Below, one piece after another: positions 1 to 11,119 of a stretch of DNA of 64,000 nucleotides (position 1 is the first letter of the stretch; every line of letters starts with the position of its first letter). The DNA is from Eledone cirrhosa (Eukaryota), in the NCBI GenBank assembly GCA_964016885.1, contig OZ024741.1, positions 13,206,001 to 13,270,000 on the forward strand, read 5' to 3'. The notes beneath the pieces were generated by a model, which saw only the letters and a program-made list of their open reading frames with translations, searched no databases and was not told the DNA's origin. A program made the position numbers and the translations under genes.

Positions 1-439
1 TTATTTTTTATTTTTTATTTTTTATTTTTTATTTTTTATTTTTTTTTTATTTTTTTTTTTTATTTTTTTTTTTTTTTTTTTCACTTTTCATTTTTTTTTT
101 TTTTTTTTTTTTTTTTCACTTCATAAACCTTGTAAATAACATTATTCTTTCTGCACCTTCTCTTTAACATGTGCGACACCACCATTCTACACTAATACAT
201 ATCACTATCATTTGATAATGCATAAAAATACTGAAACCGGTAATAGACAATTATTAAATATATAAATAGATAAATAAATGTCATTGTTAATTAATAAATA
301 AATCAACTAATAACTTAACACTTCACACAAAGTAAAACATTTAGTTTTAATCATTTTCTAACCCAGAAAAAAAGAGAGAAAGAAATAAAAAAGGAAAAAA
401 AAATATTTTTCTTCCTAATAATCGTGTCTTTCTCCCTGT

Positions 440-535
<96 letters not shown>

Positions 536-841
536 AATAATATTAATAACAATAATAATAATGATTTCTTTATTGGCCACAAGGGCTGACATCAAGAAAA
601 ACATTACAGACGGCACAGGACGGAACAGGACGGTACGATGTGGGTTTTGTGCGTGTAAAGATTTTTATTATTTATATAAGAAAAGAAAAAAAAGGACATA
701 GAAACATATATATATATATAAACAATAAAAATGAAAATTGAAACAATGAAAAATTACCCAATAGGCGAAAACCACACAAAAGCCCACGGCCACCCTGACC
801 ACCAGGGCAAGCGCCCTCTCTCAATTTTTCCATTTCTCAAG

Positions 842-2647
842 CTACAGACGTATATTCAGAGTGGTCCCGTTCACTCGGACCATTCTCGCTACATTCACCC
901 ACCTTTCAACAAACTTGCTAGAGGGCAGCACTTGCCTCTCCACCCTGATTGTCCTCTTCAAGTGAAACTTGAAGAAGTTAATTAGGGATTCGCCGAAGAG
1001 GAAAGTGTCTGTCTTTAACCCTTTTAACCTTGTCCACCACACAATCTCTTTCGCCATGGCCACCAAGCAGATGAAAACCGCCTACCCTTCCTCCTCGAAG
1101 GAAGACGGCGAGACCATCTGCACAATGGATTCAGTCGACAACCGGATCAGTCCTACACGCGACAGAAACTGTTCGACATAGCTCCACAAGTCAGCAATGC
1201 TCGGGCACTGGACGAGTGCGTGCACGACGGTTTCGTCGCTCTGCGCGCATCTCGGACAGGCTCGGCTGACGGCACTTCCGTGCCTGTAGAGCTTATCACG
1301 AACCGGCAACACTCCCCGGTAGCACTGCCAGGCCAAGAATTTTTGGAAGTTATCCATCGGCCCTGGGCTGAAAGTTCTCCGGAAGAGAGCAAACAGCTGA
1401 TCTTCTTCGACGCCCAGGATCTCTCCGGAATGTCGTCGCACTTCCCCTCCACTAGTCCTCTATAGACGCCGGGGTGGATGTTCCACCGATACTGGTGCCC
1501 AGCTGGCAGAGGGCAGTGAGCGCCTGGAGACATTCCAGTTTCCAAGCGCTATCCCTCGGTCTTTTTCTGACCCAGGACTGCAGCTCCTTCAAGGAGACGA
1601 GCTGTGGGAAAACGTGCCTGGCGAACGGCGACCACACCTGTTCACTATCAAGGAAGCACCAGAGATGTCGCAGCCTCAGAGCATGTTTGCGCATCATCAG
1701 CCATGGCATGCTCAGTCCTCCACGCAACGGGTGTTGACAGCAGATGGATCGTCTGACCATGGGAGCGCGTCCCTTCCACAAAAAGCGGAAGAGGAGGCGC
1801 TCCATTTTGGTGAGAGTTGGGCTGGAGCAAGGGACGACGGTGAGGCGGTAGCAGATGACAGATGCGATGTACGCATTCACCACCTCCGCCCGGCCTTTCA
1901 GGGACAGCTTACTCTCGGCCCATTTCTGGATGAGGGAGGCCACCCTGCTCGTCACCTCGTTCCAGTTTTTCTCCATCTGGAGGTCCGGTCCGAATCAGAC
2001 CCCGAGCAATTTAACCGGTCCGTCCGTCCAATGCCCCACGACGCTGCCGGACGGCATGGACCTACCTCTCCAGGTGCCGAGCTGCAAGCCCACCGACTTT
2101 TCCTGGTTTATCTTTGCTCCTGTCACCGCTTCGTATGCCTTGAGAGCGGTGCCGAGCATCTGGACGTGTCTGGTGCTCGACACCACCACAAGCATGTTGG
2201 TGAGGCTCTTGCACCCTCCTCCCCTATCCACTAGCCCCACAAATCCCAACGTGCATCCAAGATACCGTTCCAGTCGCCCACTAACACTAAAGAGCGGGAC
2301 GTTCCAAGAAAGGTCTCTAGACGTCTGAAGAAATCATTGCCTTCGCTGCCGGTCACGTCCAGCACCACCGACTTACCTTCTGGGTCTAGGAAGATGGCCC
2401 GTATCGCGAGATCCAAGCCTCTCCGAAAAAGGACGGCAACCCCTCCCCCCGATCCTGGACGGCTGGGAGATGCGTATACATCGTAGCCGCCGAAGATCAG
2501 TGCGAAGGCTTGTGCTTCGGAGATTCTGGTTTCACTGATGGCCACCACATCTATGTTTAGTGACCTGAGGTCATTGAGCAGGTGACCCTGCTTCCAAGAT
2601 GGCATCAGGCCACGTGCATTTATACTGCCTATTCTGAGTACGGCCAT
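842..2647 (-). pseudogene. Tx1 ORF2 remnant (APE fused to the RT C-terminal part, then zinc finger), frameshifted
   Basis: ORFs 2231..2683, 1995..2249, 1452..1976, 1082..1441 and 842..1066 are collinear with ORF2 of copy 2. The RT core including YADD is missing. Confidence 0.85.
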
Positions 2648-2679
2648 GTTGGATGAGAAACAGGGCAAGTGAGAAAGGG

Positions 2680-4759
2680 TCACTTACCTTGATCGTGTGG
2701 TGAAGGGACAGTAGAACCGTCCCTTTTGCTGGTCATGGGTGTTTCCAAGAGGATGTCAGTGTATATCCTCTTGGTAACCGACCCTCTGAAGTCTCCAACT
2801 GCGTTGGGGAATTTTTGTTTTAAAGGTTTGTACTGTTCTATTGAGATTTCGATGATGCTTATGTTTGTCGGGAGAGTTCTTGGTGTTGGTGGGGTGTAGT
2901 AATTTTTTTCTGTGATATCTGTGTGCTGCTTTATATATTGTATGAGTTCTTTTTTTGCCATGTTTATGGCTGTGTACTTTTTTGGGGGGAGGGATGATTT
3001 TGTTGCTGTTTTCTTCTTGTTGCTGTTTGGTGTGTGTGTCTTGTGTTTGCGTTGTTGGTGTTTTTGGTGATGCTGGTGGTGGTGTGGTTGTTGTTGTCAG
3101 TGGTGCTTGTGGTGGTGATGGTGGTGGTGTTGCTGCAAGTTTCCTTGCTGCTTTTACCCCTCTTTGTGTGCCTTCGCTTTTGGAGGGTGAATCTAAGGGT
3201 TTTTTTCTTTTTTCTTTTTTGTGGCAGACCGTTTGCCACTTCACTCCCGCCTCAAACTCCATGTCGGATTCCATGGCGTCTGGGAGAGGTATGTGCTCCA
3301 CGGCTGTTGGTGGTGGTAGTGGAGCCCTCTTCTGCAATTTTGTTGCTGGTGTAGCTACTTCAAATGTAGCTATTGGTGTTGCCGCCACTGCTTTAGTTGT
3401 CCGTAGCCTTGGTACGGGTGCTACGGATGTTACCCTCCTACTCACCGTGGAAGGGGCTTCTTCGTTTGTTGCCTGCCCTGCTCTTGGTAGCAGCGGACCA
3501 GGTATTGGAAGGAGAGGGGCGTTCTTCTTCGCTGTCTTCTGCAGGCAAAACGCCCTGAGGCGACCCTTCGACCCACAGAAATAACATTTTGGCCGTCTTC
3601 CTTCTACACTTATAGGGAGTTGGAGTCCTTCCTCGATGTCTATGATATCGGGGATAGCGTCGATACATTCCTGGTCAGTTTGTATAAGCATTTGCATGCT
3701 TATACCTGACCAGTTCTCTCTCCCTATTTTTTCTACTTGCAGCATGGTCGTCCTGTTCTCGATTCCAGCAAAGACAGACGCGGCCAACCAAGGTATGGGC
3801 ACGTCGGGTGGGACCTGGGTCACTTTGACCCTCACAATTTTCTGCCCGCAGTAGGAGGGCACTAAGACTATCTCCTCATTCTTTAGGGTTTCCAAAGAGT
3901 GAGACTTTGCTTCCTGGGGTGTGGCGAAAAGTACGTCTACTGTGGCGTACTTTCTGCCTCGGGTGATGTGGGTTTTGCGTGCCCAGACGCACCCCAAGGC
4001 CTTTTGGATTTGAGCCTCCGTGGCGCTCTCCACCCGATGTGAGATTTTGCTTACGGTGTGGTAAGTCACCGTCCGTAGCTGCTGGTCCTTGAAAAAATCG
4101 GGTGGAGGTTTCAGGGAGACTCTATTGGCGCTTCTTGTCACCATGGCCCTTGCGACTGCCATCTCCTCCTCTGTAACTAACACTGTCTCGATATTTCGGG
4201 CGACACCTGCAAAAGAAGTGGTCCCTTTTTCAGCAGCACCACTATTGCTGCCGCTACTGGTCTTACTGGTAGTGCTGAGGTCGCTGTTACAGGTATCGAT
4301 GTCATTGTTGATGTTTTCGTTGGTACAGTTGTTGGTGTTGTTGTTGTTTTCGTTGATACTGTTGCTGTTGTTACTGTTATTGTGGCTGTTGTTATTATTG
4401 TTGTTTTTGTTGATACTGTTCCTACTATTATTGTTGTTGTGGCTGTTGTTATTGTCATTGTTATTGTCGTTCTCGACCTTACCGCTGTTATTTTTGTTAT
4501 TGTCGTTCTCGACTTTACCGCTGTTATTTTTATTGTTGCTGTTGTTATTGATGGTGTTGTTGTTGGTGTTGTTGTTGGTGTTGTTTGTGTTAGAAACATT
4601 TGTTAATTTTAAATCTGTAACAATCTTCTTTTCCTTTGTAATATTTTCGTTTATATTTACCTCCGCTGGAACGCTGTCTTGTTGACATGCTGATAAAGTC
4701 TCCCTCTCTCTGTGTTGTCTGACAGCGCTCTCTGTTTCTTGTGTTATCCATGTTGACAT
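2680..4759 (-). CDS. Tx1 ORF1 (gag-like nucleic-acid-binding protein) with an Asn-rich N-terminus and one frameshift near the C-terminus
   Basis: 667-aa ORF 2756..4759 contains VEGRRPKCYFCGSKGRLRAFC (degenerate CCHC knuckle). ORF 2680..2961 supplies a C-terminus ending just upstream of the ORF2 ATG. Confidence 0.8.
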
Positions 4760-5256
4760 TTTTTCAAAAAAGTATTTTTACACAAATACGAATACGACAC
4801 CCCGTAAAGGGGTGCCGTATTATTTACGAGTGAACCGCTGTATTAGGTGGGTCACTTCTTCTAAACTTTTATCAAATTTAAAACTTGAATAAAAGGTTTA
4901 GAACGGTTGAAAACGAGGTAAAACGTTGAAAAAAACTGGAGGCGATAAGAAGCGTGGCTTCACCACTAGTAATAATATTGATTTCATTTATTGGCCACAA
5001 GGGCCGACATTTTGGGGTCAATACAAAAGACTGGGACAGTGGGGTTTTACAGAAAAATCGAGTAAACAATATGAATAACAATAACAAAGTAACAATAACA
5101 AAGTAACAATAAAGTAACAATAAAATTACAAGAAAAAATTCACCAATAGGGGGGATGACCACCTAGGGTTCGCTCAGGTACCCCACCGGTCCTGAACGAC
5201 TCGACGCTTCGAGAGCACCCTGGAAGGGCACCCCTCTCCTCCTCAAATTTACCTAC

Positions 5257-8200
5257 CTACAGCCGCATGACCAGAGTAGGCCCACTCACACGAGCAATTC
5301 TCGCCACATTCACCCACCTTTCAGCAAATGTACTGGGGGGGAGGGCACTTCTCTCTCCACCCTGACCTTCCTTTCCAAGTGAAACTTGAAAAAGTTGATG
5401 AGGGATTGGCCGAAGAGAAAAGTGTCTGTCTTCAGTCCTTTCAACCTCGTCCACCATACAACCTCTTTCGCTACTGCCACCAGACAGAGGAAAATTGCCT
5501 GCCTTTCCAAAAGAAGGCGGCGGGTCGATCTTCACTATGGACTCGGCCGATAGCCGGATCCGTTCTACATGCGACAACAGCTGTTCAACATAACTCCACA
5601 AGTCAGTAATGCACGGACACTGGACGAGTGCGTGCAGTACGGTTTCGTCGCTCTGCGCGCATCTCAGGCAGTTCCGTCTGACAGCACTTCCGTGCCTGTA
5701 GAGTTTATCCCGAACCGGCAGTGCCTCTCGGTAGCACTGCCAAGCAAGGGAAGTCCTCCGGTACAGACTGGTTAGTTCGACTTCGTTGACTCCCAGAGCC
5801 TCTCCGAGTGGGTCGTTGCACTTGCCCACCACTAATCCTCTATAGAACTCGAGAGTGGAAGTTCCACTGACCGCATTGCCCGCCTGGTAGAGGGCAGTGA
5901 GTACCTGGCAACATTCCAGATGCCAGTCACCCAGTCTCGGTCTCTTCTTGACCCAGGACTGCAGCTCAGTCAAAGAAACGAGCTGCGGAAAGGCCCGTCT
6001 GACAAACGGCGACCACACCTGTTCACCATTTAGGCAGAATATCTGGAGATGCCGCAGCCTCAGCGCGTGCCTGCGCATCATTAGCCACGGCATGCCCAGC
6101 CCTCCACGTAGAGGGTGCTGGCAGCTGATGGACCGCCTCACCAGCGGAACCTGACCCTTCCACAAGAATTTGAAGAGGAGCCGCTCCAAGATGGCGAGGC
6201 GCGAACGGGGGCAAGGGACGACGGTCAGACGGTAGTAGATGACGGATGCGATGTACGCGTTCTCCACCTCCGCCCGACCTTTCAGTGATAGCTTCATCCC
6301 AGCTCATTCTGGGTGAGACTGGCTACCCTGCCCGTCACCTCGTCCCAATTCTTATCCCCCTGGAGGTCTGGCCCGAACCAAACCCCTAGAAACTTTACCG
6401 GTCCGTCCGTCCAGCGCCTAACGACGCTGTTGGACGGCATGGACTTGCCTCTCCAGGTGCTGAGTTGCAAGCCCACCGACTTTTCCGGGTTAAGTTTTGC
6501 TCCCGTCAACCTTTCATATTCCTCCAATAAGTTGCCGACCACCTCGATTTCTGAGGTGTCCGACACCATCACGGTGATGTCGTCCGCATAAGCCGACACA
6601 GCCTTTCCGCGTCCCGGTTCGAGCGGGATGCCCTGCAAGAACTCCAGCTTCCGCAGTAAAGGCTCGAGAGTCAATACGTACAGAAGGGAGGAGAGAGGGC
6701 ACCCTTGACGGACCGATCGGGAGACCTGAAACGGTTCCGAGAGGTGGCCATTAATTTTGACCATCGAGCAGGTGCCGCTGTGCATTGCAGCGATCCAGCT
6801 TCTGAAGACGGGGCCGAAGTCAGCCGCCTTGAGGACAGCCTCCATGTACCGATGGTCGACCCTATCGAATGCTTTCGATTGATCTAAATTGATCAGAGCC
6901 CCACCGAAGCCAGGTTTACACCCTACCCTCTCTATGATGTATCGCATTAGGTGGAGGTTGTCGTGTATGGACCTGGTTGCGATTGCGCAAGTTTGCGCCT
7001 CCCCAACCAAATCCCCGACGACAAGCGCCAACTTCTTCGCTAACACCCTGGCCAAAATCTTAAACTCTGTGTTGAGCAGAGTTATGGGCCTGAAATTGTC
7101 TAATGTGTCCCTCTTGTTCTCGTCTTTCCTTATCAGCGGCAATACGCCCCGGCTCACAGAACTGGGAATACTCCCGTTTTGCTGCCAGTTGCAGTAGAGG
7201 GCTTCGAGGAGATTGGATAACAAGTCTGGCATATTTACGTAAAGCTCGTAGGCCAGACCATCCAAACCGGGTGACTTGCGCCTTATGCAGCTGACAAGGG
7301 TATCCTGAATCTCGGCTCAAGTAATTGGCCTTTCGCAACGCCCAGCGTCAGCCGTCGAGAGTTGCGGCAAGCCATCGAGGTAGGGAGTGAAGTCCGCCAC
7401 CATCTCTGACCCGCCACTTCCCCCGAACAACCGAGCAAAATCTTGGCGAAAGGCCTCACACATCCTCTTGGAATCGCTCAGCTCGTGCCCGTCTCGGTCC
7501 GTCAAAGACCGAATCGTGGTTTTATTACCACGCTGCGCCTCTGCCACGCGAGCCCATCGAACAGCTTTGGTTCCCTCGTTTCTCAGAGCATGCGCCTTAG
7601 CTCTGACAATGCAGCCTTCGTGTTTCGCATTGAAGAAATGGTCTAATGCCATTCTCGCCGCTAGCACGTCAGTTGCAATGCCACTACCAATAGCCTCGTC
7701 TAACTTATCTACCAACTCCCCCTCCTTTCTATTTTTCTCTAACGCTACTTATTTGCTAAACTCTATCGACATTACTCTAATCTCTCTTTTGAGAGCCCTC
7801 CCACCACCATCTATTGTTGACGACTCCCCCTGTCAACTTTTTCTTATCTAAATTGTTGACCTGGTCCCTGTAAGCCTTACGTGCCGGAAATGACATGTTT
7901 AGCTTCCAGTAACCAGGTCCTAACCTACGCGTCTTATCTAGGTCGACCATACAGATCACAAACTTGTGATCTGAATAGGCGACCGTTTCAAAACGTGGAC
8001 AGCTTACACTATTTTTGTCTATTTTCCTAATGAATATCCTGTCTATATACGATCTAGATGACCCTATGCTGTTAGCCCAGGTTCACACTGGCGCATTAGC
8101 GAAATCTAGTCGGTACCTGTCAGACAGTTGGAAATGGCTGATCAGGTTCTTGAGGCTTTTGCACCCCCCGCTCCTATCGGATACTCCCACACAGTCCCAG

Positions 8201-8646
8201 CGAGCGTTTAAGATGCCGTTCCAGTCCCCCGCTAACAGTAAAGGGCGAGACGTACCCAGAAAGGCTTCCAGGCGTCTAAAGAAGTCCGGCCGTCCTACCG
8301 CAGTAGGAGCATAGACGGCCACCAGTCTAAAGGCACCACCTTCGTTATTGTTCACGTCCAGGACCAACAACTTCCCGTCCGGATCCCGGAAGATCGACCT
8401 TACCTCGAGATCCAGGCCTTTCCTAAACAGCACTGCCACCCCGCCTCCCATTCCGGGCTGGCTAACAGATGCAAAGATCTGATAGTCGTCGAAAATTGGG
8501 GCTAGTGCGCGCGTGTCGGAAATCCTGGTCTCGCTGACGGCAATTACATCCATTTCTATAGACCTGAGGTCGTTTAGCAGGTGACCCTGCTTCCAGGACG
8601 ATCCCAGGCCTCGAACATTTAAACATTCTACTCTTAATACGGCCAT
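5257..8646 (-). pseudogene. Tx1 ORF2 (APE endonuclease, reverse transcriptase, zinc finger) with several frameshifts
   Basis: Motifs LNVRGL, VSETR, LAGDWN, GPGYWKLN, RQGCPLS, YADD and CLRC..ETVLHALVQC occur in order across ORF fragments. Confidence 0.9.
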
Positions 8647-8677
8647 GTTGGCAGATTAAAAAGAGAGAGAGGAAGGT

Positions 8678-10649
8678 TTACTTACCTTCCGGGCTCTTGT
8701 GAAGGTCGGGTTGTTCGACCTCCATAGTTGGTGGGGTTTCTTTTGGGAACCCCTTTAAAAGTCTTGAAGTGGGTTTTACGTTCAGGGTTCCCACGTCCCG
8801 AGGAAAGCTGTCTCGTCTTTCTTTGAATATATCGAGCGACATTCGCACCAGAACCAAATCTTCCGGCACGCGAAATGTGCTCGATTTAAAAATGTCCCCC
8901 TCTTTTTGTATATTTTCACTTCGTGCTACGAGGGCCATCAGTTCCTTGTTGGCCCTCCTGACGAGCACGAAGTTTTGTATGTTTTGTTGGTGTGATTTTA
9001 TTTGTTTGCGTGGCTGTGGTGGTGATGGTTTTGGTGGTGTTGTTTCGGTTGTATCTGTGTTTGTTGTGAGTGCGGTGTCTGTGGTTTCAGATGTTTGTGT
9101 GTATATTTGTTCTTGCGTCTGTTTAGGTTGTTTGCGTTTGGGGGATTCTGGTGATGGTGATGGTGGTGCTGATGTTGGTGTTATTGGAGAGATATTTGCG
9201 TGGGTGGTGCCTGCGTTTTTTATTGTGGGTGATTTTGTGCTTTGTTGAGTTTTTTTTTTCTTTTTGTGTTTCCTTTTTTGTATTTTGGGAGATTTGGGTT
9301 TTCCCTCATCTTCACTACTGGTAGATGAGGGGTCTGTGTGTCTGTAAGTGTGTCTGTATGTATGTTTATGGTTTTATTGGTGTGTGTATTTTTGGGGGGA
9401 GGGGGAATTTGACAGCTTTCCTCGTTTCCCCCCTGGGTGGTCAATGTTGGTGGTGGTCTTTCTATTGGTGTTGTTGTTGGTGGTTTTGCCGGTGCTGGTG
9501 GTGGTTGTGGTCCTCGCCCCGGCGTCGGCAGCAGTGGAGCCTTTCGACCCCTTGCTTCTTTCAGCAGTTGAGGGCAGAAGGCTCGCAAATGGGTTTTTTC
9601 CCCACAAACAAAACACTGCGGCTTTTGCCTTCGGTCATAATGTGAATGACCGTCCCATTCTGAAGGCGGATGTGGTCCGGGATTGTCTTCACATTCTCGG
9701 GCCTGATCTGGAGAAGGATCTCCAGGTCAACCCCGGACCAGTCCTCTCTTGCCGTTCTGGTCACTTCTATAGGGACGATATCCGTCCCCTCCACAATCAC
9801 ACATCCCAGAAGCCACCACATGTCAAGTGCTGGTGGGATTCTGGGAATGCGGAGACGGGCCGTTCTTTTTCCCATGTGGGAGGGGTACATTATGACCTTG
9901 CTGGTTTTGCAAGGAGTCATAGCGTGTTTCATAGCGAGGGCTTCTGACTTGAACAACACCGAAATGGTGCCGTACTGTCTGCCCCTCTCTATGTATTCGG
10001 TGTCTTATCTGATGCACCTCAGCGCGACTTCGACATCTTCTTGTGGGATTAAAGCTGCCCTTTTGGTTTGTGCTGAGATGCATCTATAATGCACCGTTCT
10101 GCGCTCCACTGCCTCAATAGCTTCTACCGGGACAGTTAAGTTGGCCCAGGTTTGCTCTTGCTTGATGAGCTTCCATGCCTGGGCCAACTTTTCATCTTTG
10201 TTTGAGAGGTCCATGTTGAAGCATGGCCTCTTTTTTGCTGCTGCGGCAGCGAAAGTGTTCTTGTTTTCGTTGGGGGTGTTGTTGACGTTGCTCTTGTTGG
10301 TGTTGTTGTTAGCACTGTCGCTGTTATCATTGTTGTCTTTGTTGCAACCGTTGTTCTCGGTGCAGTTGGTATTGTTGCAGTTGGTGTTGTCGCCAATGTT
10401 TTCAGGTTAGTGGTGTTGATATTGTTGTTGCATTTGTTATTTTTTTTTTGTTATCTGTATTTTCGTTGTCGCTGTTACTGTCATTTTTTTCAAAATTAGA
10501 GTTCTCATTGGTATCATTGGTGTCTTTGTTTACATTGTTTGTGGTGGTGTTTGTGTTATCAATGTGTGTTAATTTCGCTGTAGCGCTCCTCTAAACTTCT
10601 ACGTCGTTGTCGCACGACAGCAGACATATGGCTGGGGGGGCTCAGCCAT
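8678..10649 (-). pseudogene. Tx1 ORF1 of copy 2, frameshifted
   Basis: Fragments 10005..10214, 9561..9959, 9220..9588 and 8678..8968 have the same layout as copy 1 ORF1: AAC-rich N-terminus, knuckle region ending RAFC, then a Pro/Thr-rich region. Confidence 0.75.
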
Positions 10650-11119
10650 GTTTTCTTTTCCTTCGTAAATTTTTTAACATGTAAAAAAAAGTTCAAATAT
10701 TTGGGCCAAAAGGCCCAAATATTATACTTTCCCCTTCACGGGGCAAAGTCTAAGGGTTTATATCCCTTACACAACAAGAAATATTTAACAACAAATAATT
10801 TTAACAGGCAAATAAAGCGACTTACTGTGAGCGAGCAAAATACGTAAAGAATACTAGCTCCCCATTTACACCTCAAACTCAAAATAGACAGAAAATAGGA
10901 TCGGAGAAGCAACTCCTATAAGCTACAATGTCACCCTACCCACTACCACTCCCGGCACCACCACCCCCAGCATTAATCTCCCTGCCACCACCACCAACAC
11001 CACTCACACCACAGGAAGAGTTGAGAAAATTCTCGTACACCTCTTACAGCTGCAACCATAACAATATCACCTCAATCAGCAATGATTATAACTATACTGT
11101 TATAATAGTAATAATCATC

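Larger units (their letters stand above)
528..4965 (-). mobile_element. Tx1/L1-clade non-LTR retrotransposon, copy 1, with most of the RT internally deleted
   Basis: The minus strand carries ORF1 with a zinc knuckle, an APE domain (INARGL, ISETR, LVGDWN), the RT C-terminal part (GAKINQEKS, VKLLGVWFG) and a C-terminal CPRC..ETVVHALVQC zinc finger. The 3' end is AATAAA followed by an (ATT)n tail. Confidence 0.9.
4968..10910 (-). mobile_element. Tx1/L1-clade non-LTR retrotransposon, copy 2, near full length and frameshifted
   Basis: ORF1 fragments at 8678..10649, APE at 8083..8646, RT at 6294..7265 (FRPITLLN, DQSKAFDRV, RQGCPLS, YADDI) and C-terminal zinc finger at 5257..6297. The 3' end matches that of copy 1. 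The 5' boundary is approximate. Confidence 0.92.

Noticed and set aside
1-120. T-rich start of the window as a retrocopy poly(A) tail
   Set aside because: It is low-complexity sequence at the window edge with no identifiable parent element.
2955-4685. Hydrophobic Leu/Val-rich plus-strand ORFs that look like membrane proteins
   Set aside because: They are antisense shadows of the AAC/ACC-rich Tx1 ORF1.
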